Of a stretch of 64,000 nt of DNA, positions 40,111 through 50,055 are shown piece after piece. The notes under the pieces are model-generated. The model was not told the origin of the DNA. It did no database searches and worked only from the letters and a program-made list of their open reading frames with translations. The DNA comes from Candidatus Nezhaarchaeales archaeon. Its GTDB lineage: Archaea > Thermoproteota > Methanomethylicia > Nezhaarchaeales > WYZ-LMO8. Location of the stretch: the NCBI GenBank assembly GCA_038887515.1, contig JAWAKK010000002.1, positions 288,001 to 352,000 on the forward strand, written 5' to 3'. A program made the translations under genes and the position numbers. Within the stretch, counting starts at the first letter, position 1. Each line of letters opens with the position of its first letter.

Positions 40111-41304
40111 ATGGTTATTAAGTGCATAACAAATGGCGTTTTTTATGTAGGCGTTGACGATTTGGGGCTCGACATTTTTGAGTCTCTGTGGCCGTTACCT
40201 CATGGAGTTTCCTATAATAGCTACCTAATTATAGGCCGTGAGAAGACGGCTTTAATAGATACTGTTGATGCTAGGTGCTCTCAAGAGTTTTTAGACAAAG
40301 TAACCGAAGCCCTTAGAGATCGAGAATTAGACTACATCGTTTTAAATCACATGGAACAAGACCACAGCGGCTCTCTTCCAAGAGTCTTGGAGGCATACCC
40401 TGATGCAACCGTCGTCGGAACCCCTATGACCACAAATATGGTAAAGAGTTTTTACGGTGTAACGTGCAGGAGTATGGCTGTTAAGGACGGCGATACAATA
40501 AATCTTGGAGGCAAGACTCTAAAGTTCATTCACGCTCCTTGGCTCCACTGGCCTGAAACTATGGTCACCTACCTCCTTGAAGATCGCATACTCTTCACTT
40601 GTGACGCTTTTGGATCTTTTGGTGCACTGAGAGGCAAGCTGTTCGACGAAGAGATTGATATGAGCCTTTACTTGGATGAAGCTAAGAGGTACTTCTCTAA
40701 CATAGTAGCTCCAGTAGCTGACTACGTACTAAAAGCTATAGAGAAAATTGAAAATTATGGATTAGAAATAAATGTTTTAGCTCCAAGTCATGGACCTCTG
40801 TACAGGAGACCTCACGAAATAATTAAGTCCTATGCAGATTGGAGTAAGCCAGTGCTAAAGCCGAAGGTCGTAATAGCTTATAGCTCTATGTATGGCAACG
40901 TGAAGAAGATGGCCCAGGAGATCGCTAAGGGAGTTGATAGTAAGGGGGTCTTACCAATCCTAATAGACCTAGCAAGAACGCACATAAGTTATGTGTTGAA
41001 AGAAGTCATTGACGCGCCATCAATAGCCGTGGGATCTCCAACATATGATAATACCGTACATCCGCATGTAAAGATGTTCATCGAATACCTTACGATAAAA
41101 AGAATAAAGCAACGCAACATGGGCGTATTTGTCGCGTATGCTTGGGGTAGCAATATTCATAAGAGAATAGTCGAAATGCTTATGGCTCAAGGTAATGATA
41201 TCGTAGAGCCTGTTATAGCAACTAGAGCATCCCCGACTGAAGAAACTTTAAAGCAATGTAGGGAGCTCGGCGAAAAGTTAGCTGAAAAGAGCGCCAAATT
41301 TTAA
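40111..41304 (+). CDS. Flavodiiron protein (FprA family)
   Basis: SYNSYLI, NHMEQDHSG, HWPETM, DAFG, PSHG, flavodoxin SMYGN. Confidence 0.93.
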   Translation: MVIKCITNGVFYVGVDDLGLDIFESLWPLPHGVSYNSYLIIGREKTALIDTVDARCSQEFLDKVTEALRDRELDYIVLNHMEQDHSGSLPRVLEAYPDATVVGTPMTTNMVKSFYGVTCRSMAVKDGDTINLGGKTLKFIHAPWLHWPETMVTYLLEDRILFTCDAFGSFGALRGKLFDEEIDMSLYLDEAKRYFSNIVAPVADYVLKAIEKIENYGLEINVLAPSHGPLYRRPHEIIKSYADWSKPVLKPKVVIAYSSMYGNVKKMAQEIAKGVDSKGVLPILIDLARTHISYVLKEVIDAPSIAVGSPTYDNTVHPHVKMFIEYLTIKRIKQRNMGVFVAYAWGSNIHKRIVEMLMAQGNDIVEPVIATRASPTEETLKQCRELGEKLAEKSAKF

Positions 41305-41407
41305 GTCCATGCTTTTTCATCCATCTTCGAAATGATAATATTATTTTCGGCAACGTAGGCCATAAATACGATACCAAGCTTATCAACAAGCCCCTTACAG
41401 GAAGTAG

Positions 41408-41482
41408 TGCGGCCGCCGGGATTTGAACCCGGGTCGCAGGCTCGGGAGGCCTGTGTCCTAGTCCAGGCTAGACGACGGCCGC
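41408..41482 (-). tRNA. tRNA-Gly(CCC)
   Basis: GCGGCCG...CAGGC CT CCC GA GCCTG. Confidence 0.96.
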
Positions 41483-41591
41483 TTCTAAGGCTTCTTAAAT
41501 TTGGAGGTGTGGTTTAAGCTTTGCTTTGATGTTTGTCTGTGAAGCTAGATTTTTATTTTTTTGCGTTCGTTGTTTGTTTAGGTGCCCATGA

Positions 41592-42110
41592 ATGGGAGAA
41601 GATTGGTTTGACGAATGGTTTAATATATCGAGAAAGAAGAGTCCCTTTGATAAGTTCTTTGAAGACACTTTTGATTTCGAAGAAATAATGAAAGAATTTG
41701 AAAGGTTCTTTAAGGAAAGCGGGGCTAGGTCTTTCGTTTACGGTTTTAGTGTGACCATGGGCCCCGACGGCAGGCCTGTAGTTAGAGAATTCGGTAACAT
41801 TAAACCTTCGAGTCGAGGATTTGTGATTAACGAGGAAGTGGAGCCTCTAATAGATGTTATTGAAGAAAGGGACGTGATAAAGGTATGTGCAGAGATACCT
41901 AGCGTCAACAAAGAGGATATTAAACTTAGGCTGACAGATGACGGTAAACTGATAATTTCGGCCAATACCCCCCAAAAGAAGTACTATAAAGAAGTTGAGC
42001 TTCCAGCCAAGGTAAACCCAGAAAAGGCTAGAGCAACTTACAAAAACGGCGTATTAGAGGTAGTGCTCGAGAAAGTTGAGAAGAAAGGGAAAAGTATAAC
42101 AGTAGAGTGA
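41592..42110 (+). CDS. Small heat-shock protein Hsp20
   Basis: YGFSVTMGPDGRP, EPLIDV, ATYKNGVLEV. Confidence 0.93.
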   Translation: MGEDWFDEWFNISRKKSPFDKFFEDTFDFEEIMKEFERFFKESGARSFVYGFSVTMGPDGRPVVREFGNIKPSSRGFVINEEVEPLIDVIEERDVIKVCAEIPSVNKEDIKLRLTDDGKLIISANTPQKKYYKEVELPAKVNPEKARATYKNGVLEVVLEKVEKKGKSITVE

Positions 42111-42147
42111 GATTTTAGAGTCTAACCCCAAGTATGGCGGGTCCGCT

Positions 42148-42594
42148 ATGATCACTAAACGCAGGGAGAAGAAGAGTAGAAAGATGAGGGGATCGAGGGT
42201 CTGTGGATGGGGTAGGACAGGCCAACACAGAAAGCATGGAGGGAAGGGCGGTAGAAGGGGTTCAGGTTTACACAAACATAAATGGACTTACATGGTTAAG
42301 TACCTCCCGGATTACTTCGGCAAACACGGGTTTAAGAGGCCTAAGTGCCTGCTTAAAGCTATAAAGCCCATAAACGTTGGGTATCTATGCGAGATAGCAG
42401 ATAAACTCGTCGAACTAGGTCTAGCTAAAATTGAAGGTGAAATGTACGTAATTAACATAGAGAAAATAGGTTACAACAAAGTCCTTGGGGAAGGCAAGGT
42501 AACTAAACCACTTCACGTGGTAACACCGTTAATAAGTGAAGTTGCCAAAGAGAAGATAGAAGCGGCCGGAGGTAAAGTCGTAGTAGTAGAGTAG
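42148..42594 (+). CDS. rpl15: 50S ribosomal protein uL15
   Basis: RKMRGSR..GWG, GGRRG, FGKHGF, KIEAAGG. Confidence 0.96.
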   Translation: MITKRREKKSRKMRGSRVCGWGRTGQHRKHGGKGGRRGSGLHKHKWTYMVKYLPDYFGKHGFKRPKCLLKAIKPINVGYLCEIADKLVELGLAKIEGEMYVINIEKIGYNKVLGEGKVTKPLHVVTPLISEVAKEKIEAAGGKVVVVE

Positions 42595-42620
42595 AATTTA
42601 TGTAGGCAAGGTAGAGCGAG

Positions 42621-43976
42621 ATGGTTAATGTTCGTAGCATAATAGAAGGCGCGGCTAAAGTAGTCCCAAGGGTTCAGAGGCCTGTAAGGAAAGTTGGTTT
42701 TGGGGAGAGGATCCTTTGGACTACCATAGCTCTTACAGTTTTCCTAGTAATGGGTCAGATACCTCTCTACGGTATACCAAGAGAGAGTCCATCTTTTCAG
42801 CAAACGATTTTCAACGTAATATTCGCTGCTAGGCGTGGTACCTTACTTGAACTAGGCATAGGTCCGATAGTTACTGCCGGATTAATAATGCAGATCCTAG
42901 TAGGTACGAAGATAGTAAGACTTGACTTAACTAATCCTCGTGACCGAGCACTTTTCACGAGCTCTCAAAAAGTCTTAACATTGATAGTCACAGCAATAGA
43001 GGCTGCTGCCTCGGCCTTAGCGTACAGGTTCGTTGGAAGTGCATTGACGCCGATTGTCGTATTCGTCCAGTTATTTGTTGCAACCATTCTGCTTATGCTT
43101 TTAGACGAACTCATAGACAAAGGTTGGGGTATAGGTAGCGGGATAAGTCTGTTCATTGCTGCCGGCGTAGCTCAACACATTTTTTGGTTCTGCTTCAGTC
43201 CCATACCAGTTAGAGAGAATGGTGGACCCTTAGGCATATTCCCAGCTTTAATATCTTACGCTATGAATGGGAAGGATTTATGGAGCGTCGTGATAGGTAG
43301 CCCTGAGAATCCTTGGTTACCGACGCTTACGGGATTTATAGCAATGGTCGTTATGCTCGTATTAATAGTATACCTTGAGGGGATGAGGGTTGAAATCCCC
43401 ATAGTCTATTCAAAGTATGGAGGGTTTAGAGCTAAAACTCCTCTGAAGCTTCTATACGTGTCAAACATTCCAGTAATATTTTTCGGAGTCGTAGCTGCAA
43501 ATCTCCATATGCTCGCTAACTTAACTAATAACCCATTCATAATAGGTATAAGTAATGCCTTCACAGCACCACATGGAATACTTCAAGCACTTCAAAACCC
43601 TCTGCACACGTTAGCCTACATCTTGCTTATGTGCTCCATATGTGCCCTCCTGGCTCTGGCTTGGGTCGAGGCAGCTGGCATGTCTGCTAGGACCCAAGCG
43701 GAAAACATCATAAGGTCCGGACTTCAAATACCTGGATTTAGAAGTGCCCCATCAGTTATTGAGCAGTATCTAGCTAGATACATCCATACACTAACATGGG
43801 TTAGCGGCATAATAGTAGCATTAATAGCCGCTTTTGGCGACATACTTGGAGTCTTAGGGGGCGGCATAGGGATACTCTTATTGGTCGGCATCCTATATCA
43901 GTACTACCAAATATTGGCTAGAGAAAGAGCCCTAGAGATGTATCCAATGTTAAAACAGTTCTTAGGAACTGAGTAG
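42621..43976 (+). CDS. secY: Preprotein translocase SecY
   Basis: ELGIGPIVTAG, GIGSGISLFI, LYVSNIP, IPGFR. Confidence 0.97.
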   Translation: MVNVRSIIEGAAKVVPRVQRPVRKVGFGERILWTTIALTVFLVMGQIPLYGIPRESPSFQQTIFNVIFAARRGTLLELGIGPIVTAGLIMQILVGTKIVRLDLTNPRDRALFTSSQKVLTLIVTAIEAAASALAYRFVGSALTPIVVFVQLFVATILLMLLDELIDKGWGIGSGISLFIAAGVAQHIFWFCFSPIPVRENGGPLGIFPALISYAMNGKDLWSVVIGSPENPWLPTLTGFIAMVVMLVLIVYLEGMRVEIPIVYSKYGGFRAKTPLKLLYVSNIPVIFFGVVAANLHMLANLTNNPFIIGISNAFTAPHGILQALQNPLHTLAYILLMCSICALLALAWVEAAGMSARTQAENIIRSGLQIPGFRSAPSVIEQYLARYIHTLTWVSGIIVALIAAFGDILGVLGGGIGILLLVGILYQYYQILARERALEMYPMLKQFLGTE

Positions 43977-44480
43977 GTGATGCATGTGGAGTGGTTTCAA
44001 GGTTTAACTGATTGGCTTAGGGGTGCTCTAGGCCCGTTTACAAGCCCGCCGCTAAGTACCGTTTTCGTAGTACTCATATCTTTAGCAGTCAGTCTAGTAG
44101 CTACTGGAGCTCAAAGACTTATGCTTGATGTAAAGATAATCAGACAACATGCACAAGAACTAAGCAAGTGGAGGAAAGAGCTCCTTAAAGCACAGAGAGA
44201 AAGAGACATAAAGGCTATAGAGAAGCTAATGAAAAAGAAGCCTTATATAGATAAACTCCAAGCAAGGTATACCGTGCAAACGATGAAGCCTGCGATCATT
44301 TACATGGTCCCACTGTTCATTCTTTATTGGCTCTTCATAGGGGTATTTGACAAACCGGTCGTCTACTTACCCCTTATAGGGACGCCAGTACCTTTCTGGA
44401 TCTGGTACTTTATTACTTACAGCGGGTTTTATCCTATCCTACAGAGAGCTTTAAATGTAGATTTTCAATCCTCCGACTGA
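43977..44480 (+). CDS. EMC3/TMCO1-family (DUF106) membrane insertase
   Basis: TM-coiled coil-TM layout, WYF motif, position after secY. Confidence 0.88.
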   Translation: MMHVEWFQGLTDWLRGALGPFTSPPLSTVFVVLISLAVSLVATGAQRLMLDVKIIRQHAQELSKWRKELLKAQRERDIKAIEKLMKKKPYIDKLQARYTVQTMKPAIIYMVPLFILYWLFIGVFDKPVVYLPLIGTPVPFWIWYFITYSGFYPILQRALNVDFQSSD

Positions 44481-44481
44481 G

Positions 44482-44769
44482 GTGGTTACTGTGGTAAGAC
44501 CAGGACTCAGGGGGAAACCTCATAAGCTCGTTAGAACTCCAGGTGGAAGACTTGTGCGAAGACCAGTCGAACCCAAGAAAAAAGAAGCTAAGTGCGCATG
44601 GTGTCACGAAGAGCTCCATGGAGCTCCAGCTTTATCAAAGACAAATATAAAAAAGTTGCCGAAAAGCAGTAGGAGACCTGAAAGACCCTATGGCGGCTAC
44701 ATATGTCCAAGGTGCTTAAAGATGGGGCTTATTAGATCGGTGATTAAATCCGCTTCAATATCGACATAG
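44482..44769 (+). CDS. rpl34e: 50S ribosomal protein eL34
   Basis: VRTPGGR, CAWC, RPERPYGG, CPRC. Confidence 0.95.
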   Translation: MVTVVRPGLRGKPHKLVRTPGGRLVRRPVEPKKKEAKCAWCHEELHGAPALSKTNIKKLPKSSRRPERPYGGYICPRCLKMGLIRSVIKSASIST

Positions 44770-44844
44770 TGCTATGTAAAGTTCATGACATAAAAAGCTG
44801 AAGTCAGCAGAGTTTATAAATGAACTAGCTAAGCTAAAGAGTTT

Positions 44845-45393
44845 ATGAAGCTCGTGATAGCTATAAGTGGCAAACCCGGTGCCGGTAAAACAACTTTTGC
44901 GAAGGAAATAGCATACTTGTTTGACCTGAGGTACGTATCCTCCGGAATGTTATTTAGACGCTTAGCTGAGGAGAGGGGGGTTAGCTTAGTAGATTTCCAT
45001 AAACTTGCAGAAAAGGAACTAGAAATAGACAGGACGATTGACAATAAAGCAATAGAGGAAGCTCGAAGAGGAAATGTAGTCGTTGAGGGACATCTTGCTG
45101 GCTGGATTTTACATGATTTAGCGGACCTTAAAATATTCTTCACCGCACCACTAGAAGTCAGGGCTATGAGGGTTGCAGCTAGAGACTGCATACCTTATGA
45201 GGAGGCTCTAAAAGAGCTTAAGCTTAGAGAGGAGAGCAACAAGCTTAGAGCTAAAGTAGTGTATGGCTTCGATTTAGAAGACCTCTCGATCTTTGACGTG
45301 ATCTTTAATACGAATAGGCTGAGTAAGGAAGTTATATCCGAAACATTAAAAACCCTAATCTCAAAGTTCATAGAGCACCGGGCTACAGGGTGA
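44845..45393 (+). CDS. cmk: Cytidylate kinase (archaeal)
   Basis: ISGKPGAGKTT, SSGMLFR, VVEGHL. Confidence 0.92.
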   Translation: MKLVIAISGKPGAGKTTFAKEIAYLFDLRYVSSGMLFRRLAEERGVSLVDFHKLAEKELEIDRTIDNKAIEEARRGNVVVEGHLAGWILHDLADLKIFFTAPLEVRAMRVAARDCIPYEEALKELKLREESNKLRAKVVYGFDLEDLSIFDVIFNTNRLSKEVISETLKTLISKFIEHRATG

Positions 45394-45399
45394 TAAGAA

Positions 45400-45684
45400 G
45401 TGCCGGCTATAGAAATAGGTAGGATATGTGTTAAGAATGCTGGCAGGTTCGCTGGAAGGAAGTGCGTCATAATCGACGTAATTGATGAAAACTTTGTCCT
45501 AGTGACAGGACCAAAGGAACTAACAGGTATCAAGAGGAAGAGGTGCAACATTAAACATTTAGTGCCAACGCACGAGAAAATAGAGGTAACAAAGGGAGCT
45601 AGTGACGAAGAGGTGAAGGCAGCCCTCGAAAAAGCTGGTAAAGTAGAGTTTATGAAAGAAAAAGTCTCCCCGATAACTCCATAA
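45400..45684 (+). CDS. rpl14e: 50S ribosomal protein eL14
   Basis: [25 protein letters not shown]. Confidence 0.96.
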   Translation: MPAIEIGRICVKNAGRFAGRKCVIIDVIDENFVLVTGPKELTGIKRKRCNIKHLVPTHEKIEVTKGASDEEVKAALEKAGKVEFMKEKVSPITP

Positions 45685-45709
45685 ACTCCTTCTTTCAATA
45701 CATTTTCTG

Positions 45710-46714
45710 GTGAAGCAAGTGGGTGTACTTATTAAAGCTGAGGATACCACCGACTATAGTTATGGTTGCCCTCCAGACCTTAGACCTATCGAGCTTCACA
45801 TAGATTTGGGCATAATAAACCTTGACAAGCCTTCAGGCCCTACAAGTCATGAGGTTACATCATGGGTTAAGAAGCTCATCGGTGTTGATAAAGCCGGACA
45901 TGGTGGAACCCTAGAGCCCACATAAGGGCGGGGAAATCCGAGAGTTACAGGCGTATTACCTATTGCTCTAGGTAGAGCACGAAAGATCCTTCGATACATT
46001 GTTCACTCAGACAAAACCTACGTCTGTGTGATGGCTCTTCACGGGGTGGTCTCTGAAGACAAAATAAGAGAGGTGTGCGAGGAGTTCGTGGGGCCGATAT
46101 ATCAGAGACCGCCGCTCAAGGCTTCGGTTGAAAGGAGGTTGAGAATTAGGAGGGTATATTCAATAGATGTGCATGAAGTCGTTGGCAAGCTAGTGCTAAT
46201 GACTGTACGCTGCGAGGCTGGAACGTACATACGGAAGTTGTGCCACGATATAGGCGAAGTCCTTGGCGTAGGAGCTCACATGGCCGAGCTTCGAAGGATA
46301 CAGACGGGCCCCTTCACTGAAAATGAGAATTTAGTGACCATGCACGAGCTTCATGAAGCAGTAATAGCATGGAGGGAGTACAACAATGGGGGGCTCCTTA
46401 GAAAAGTTGTTTTGCCAGTAGAGTACACTGTGAGGAATATGCCAAAGATCTATATAAGGGATTCAGCCGTTGACGCTATATGTCACGGTGCACCTTTAGC
46501 CGCCCCGGGTGTAGTTCATCTTACGGACGATATTGTGAAAGATAAGCATGTAGCAATAATGACTCTAAAGGGTGAGCTTGTTGCTATAGCAAAAGCACTT
46601 ATGAGTTCGAACGAAATAATGGAGGTAGAAAAAGGGATCGTAGCAAAACCGATACGAGTAATAATGAAGCCAGGAATATACCCTAAGCAGTGGGGAAACA
46701 CTAGGCTTGTATAG
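45710..46714 (+). CDS. cbf5: H/ACA pseudouridine synthase Cbf5 with a 21-nt intron
   Basis: LDKPSGPTSHEV, GHGGTL; splicing 45915-45935 restores TLDPRVTGVLP in frame with the 46028 ORF (GTYIRKL, PUA domain). Confidence 0.95.
45915..45935 (+). other. BHB-type mRNA intron in the catalytic Asp codon of cbf5
   Basis: CCCT-AG^A-GCCC ACATAA GGGC-GGGG-AA^A; contains an in-frame TAA. Confidence 0.9.
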
Positions 46715-46755
46715 AAAGGATAATTAAAGAGGGGGAAACCATCATTATAATCAGA

Positions 46756-46859
46756 GCCGGGATACCCTAGTGGTAGGGGGCAGGCCTGGAGGGGCTTTAA
46801 GCCCCATTGAGCCTGTGGCCCTCTGGGCCGCGCGGGTTCGAATCCCGCTCCCGGCGCCA
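46756..46859 (+). tRNA. tRNA-Ser(GGA) with 18-nt intron 46792-46809, CCA encoded
   Basis: CAGGC CT GGA G[intron]A GCCTG; long variable arm. Confidence 0.93.
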
Positions 46860-46938
46860 GTAACCTGTTTTTCGAAGCTTTTCTCCGAAACCCCTTTTCT
46901 TGAGCACTAGTCCCTTAGTAAGGGGGCCCTTTAGGTCT

Positions 46939-48189
46939 CTAGACCTTTATTTCATATACTTTCTTCATTTTTTCAAGATTGACAACGCTTTCAAGATTCC
47001 CTCTCTTTATGACTCTAAAAGCATGCTCTATCAAAATCTTATAAAATTCGCAGTTTGGGCTTTTGCTGAAGAGAGAGCCCTTTTCAGCATAAACCTCTGC
47101 GGGGCATGGACTACCACATATATTCCTATAAACACAGTCTTTGCATTCCTCAATTCTCTCCACAATCCTTTCCCTAACAATTCTAAAACTCTCCCTCAAC
47201 CTTTCAGGGTTGTTTACAACATGTAATGGGCTCCTAAATTCCTCCATCCCGATAAATTCGCTGCACGGAAAAACTCCATCAGGAGTTATAGCGAAAAATC
47301 TTCTCCCACCACCACATGGTGAAATATCGCACTGCAAAACTCTTGAATAAGGAGCAACGATGCCTAGAACTATGTTCGCAAAGTCACCTATAACGATTCT
47401 TTTACCGCTTTTTGTGTATTCTATTGCTTTTTCAACAGCCTTCACGAATTCGATTGCAGCCTCTTTTGGATCAGCTCTAAGGTTTCTCCCTCCCTCGCTC
47501 GTCCCCCTCACGGGGTTCATTAAAACAAGTCTCACTTTTCCAGCGAGAAAATCTATGAGGTCACTTAGCTGTGAGTAGTTAAGCCTCGTAATCGTGGTAA
47601 TCGTATAAAATTCTTTATAGCCTTTAAACCACTCAAGGATCTTGCAGATCTTATCGAAGTGACCTCTCCCTCTTAAATAATCTTCTATCTCTCTTGAAGG
47701 AGAGTCAAATGAGACCCCAACGTTAACCTTTTTCTCCTTGAAGAAATCAGCGTCTTCTTCCTCCATTAAAAAACCATTCGTTTGAATCCCAAACTTCATT
47801 TGTTTGTGGTCGTCTATGATTTCGTATAATTGTTTTTTCATCAGTAAGGGTTCTACCCCATGAAAAACAACATTTCTGATTCCTAGCTCCTCAAACTTCT
47901 TCAGTAATGATCTTAAGTCCTCAGAACTGAACTCCCTCCTCCTCTTTCTCACCCTCTCTGGGATGTAGCAGTAAGGACAGTTTGTATTACATCTTTCTGT
48001 TATATTCACGTAAACCGTGTTAAAATCGACTTCGAACCTATATCTCTCCATTTTTAACTTAAGCTCTCTGCCGATTTTCTCGTATAATTTAAGCGCGTTT
48101 TCAGGCATTTCAGAGTCATAAATGACCCAGAAGTTTGTTTCAGGATCTATCAGCACCTTAAAGTCATCAATGACTTGTACTCTGCTCAT
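46939..48189 (-). CDS. Peptide-modifying radical SAM/SPASM enzyme, CbpB-like
   Basis: IDPETNFW, TERCNTNCPYC, CDISPCGGGR, PCSEF, CKDC...ICGSPCPAE; start set at ATG 48189. Confidence 0.85.
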   Translation of the reverse strand: MSRVQVIDDFKVLIDPETNFWVIYDSEMPENALKLYEKIGRELKLKMERYRFEVDFNTVYVNITERCNTNCPYCYIPERVRKRRREFSSEDLRSLLKKFEELGIRNVVFHGVEPLLMKKQLYEIIDDHKQMKFGIQTNGFLMEEEDADFFKEKKVNVGVSFDSPSREIEDYLRGRGHFDKICKILEWFKGYKEFYTITTITRLNYSQLSDLIDFLAGKVRLVLMNPVRGTSEGGRNLRADPKEAAIEFVKAVEKAIEYTKSGKRIVIGDFANIVLGIVAPYSRVLQCDISPCGGGRRFFAITPDGVFPCSEFIGMEEFRSPLHVVNNPERLRESFRIVRERIVERIEECKDCVYRNICGSPCPAEVYAEKGSLFSKSPNCEFYKILIEHAFRVIKRGNLESVVNLEKMKKVYEIKV

Positions 48190-48218
48190 AACAACACCCA
48201 AAAATAAAAATGAGAGGA

Positions 48219-48299
48219 TTAAAATGGAGAGTCATCGGCCATTATGTAATGCGTTAATCCCCCACCTACCTCGCATTCAAACTGGAACGTTAACTCCAT
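48219..48299 (-). CDS. CbpA-like precursor peptide MELTFQFECEVGGGLTHYIMADDSPF (26 aa; not in ORF track)
   Basis: AGGAGG SD, ATG...TAA ending 30 nt before the radical SAM gene; C-x3-GGLTHYIM motif. Confidence 0.8.
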   Translation of the reverse strand: MELTFQFECEVGGGLTHYIMADDSPF

Positions 48300-48770
48300 C
48301 TTCTCCTTCCTCCTTTTGGATGGATTATTCATCCATATCATTTATCCTTAGTATTTAAGCCTTTTCGTAAAAGAACTCAAAAGAGGTGTAAACTCATTAA
48401 AAAGGTTTGTAGCTTTTGATTCCTGATCGTGGATTGCATGAGTTTTATAAAGTCTATGGGAGATGGGCATTTTATGTGTTACTTATGCCTAGGGGATCAT
48501 TATGATTTTTAGTACATTCATTTCCCCGGAGACCGCCACATAATTTGTGCTTTCTAAATCTAGCACCGCAACATTTTGTGCTAACTGAAATCCAAAGTAA
48601 AGTCATGGGGACAGGTTTTTAGCATCGAGTTTTGTGCGAATTTCGGCAAAGCCCGTTCTATCGAGTACACCTTGCAAACAAGCTAAAAATTTAAGATTAA
48701 AATCGAATATGTGAAGTGATTATTTGGTTTAAGCATTAAAGTTATGATGGTTGTAGCGTGGTGAGACATA

Positions 48771-49644
48771 ATTAGTACCGATGTCGTTATTGTAGGCAGT
48801 GGTGCTGGAGGCAGTATAGTATCTTACGACCTTGTTAATAGAGGGCTTAAGGTGATGCTGGTGAGGAGATAGCCCCGAAAAGGCTAGAGAAGGCTATCGC
48901 CCTGTACTATCGTCAATTGAAGTTCAGAGGTGCATGTGCATAGGTGGGATAACGCTCGTCTCTCTAGGAAACATTTCCATTACTGATGGTATAATTGAGA
49001 GGTTCAGAGAGCTTGGCATCGACTTGAAGAGGGAGGAGACGAAGTTTGTAGGTTAATGCGGGTTGCCGAAGTTCCACGAAGTAAATTACCGCCATTCACC
49101 ATGAAGTTCGTAGAGGCTGCTGAGAAGTTGGGAGTAAAAGCAAGACCGATGCCTAAGTCGGTTGACTTCAATAAGTGCATTGGTTGCGGCAAGTGCGCTT
49201 ACGGTTGTACCAAAGGGTGCGAAGCTCACAACTCTAGACCTCATTAGGAAAAACTTACAGCAAGGATTGACGTTGCCACGTAGATTCAAGGTGGAAAAGC
49301 TATATCGACAGCATGGAGGGTTGGTCGTGGAAGGTTTTGCGAGTGGAAGTATGGTAAAGGTCAAGTGTAAAGCTCTAGTCTTGGCTGCTGCTCTTGAAAC
49401 TCCAAGACTTTTAACTCAAATCGACGATGAAAACATTAGGAAAAAACCTCTTCATTGATCCTTTTGTAGCCATAGGCAGACCCTACAATGGGCCCTCCGC
49501 AAGCGATGGAATTCAGATGCCCGCCTACATTGATTGCCACGACTTCCTACTTTCTCCTCATTACTCGGGTCTTCTACAGTTTCAGCTGATTGCAAGGAGC
49601 GTAGATTGCAAAGGTAGAGGAATCGCCTCTGTAATGGTCAAGGT
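48771..49644 (+). pseudogene. Decayed GMC-oxidoreductase paralog of 51927-53186
   Basis: DVVIVGSGAGGSIVS, KSVDFNKCIGCGKCAYGC, ALETPRLL, GIQM, ASVMVKV spread across frameshifts and stops. Confidence 0.88.
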
Positions 49645-49839
49645 GGTAGAATCATTGCAAGGGGATTTGTGAGCGCCATTGTCTACTTATCATTCCTACT
49701 CATTCTTAGCGCTATTTCTCCGCAAGCTCTAGCCATACTACCCCTAGGCCTGCTCTTTACTTTAATATTCGTGATTATAGGAGTCTACGAAACTTACAGA
49801 AAGAGGAGTTTAGCTAGGGAGTTGAAGGAGGGTTCTTAG
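49637..49839 (+). pseudogene. 3' remnant of a paralog of the 56400-56864 membrane protein
   Basis: RGFVSAIVYLSFLL...LPLG...IGVYETYR vs RGFISAIAYLAFLL...LPFG...IGIYETYR. Confidence 0.8.
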
Positions 49840-50003
49840 GAGGGTAACTCGAAGACGAGAAAGCAACCTAATTTTCACGGTCGTCATTTAAAGCTTTAGA
49901 GAAAACTCGTTGAGCATGATAACTCTCACTTACTAGCTCCTTATCTACCTAAGAAAAGTTTTAAACTCGTTCTCGTTTAAGTCGATGCGCTTGAAGAGAT
50001 CGA

Positions 50004-50055
50004 GCCCCGGTAGCTCAGTCTGGTTAGAGCACTGCCTTGGTATACCGAACAAAGA
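50004..50055 (+). other. Isolated tRNA-Thr(GGT) 5' half plus intron copy
   Basis: 39-nt 5' exon identical to 57059-57097; intron 10/12 identical; no 3' exon. Confidence 0.9.

Noticed and set aside
48345-48770. attR copy of the tRNA-Ser 3' end, or an origin, in the AT-rich gap
   Set aside because: Only a weak resemblance (TTCCCCGGAGACCGCCA); no convincing repeat
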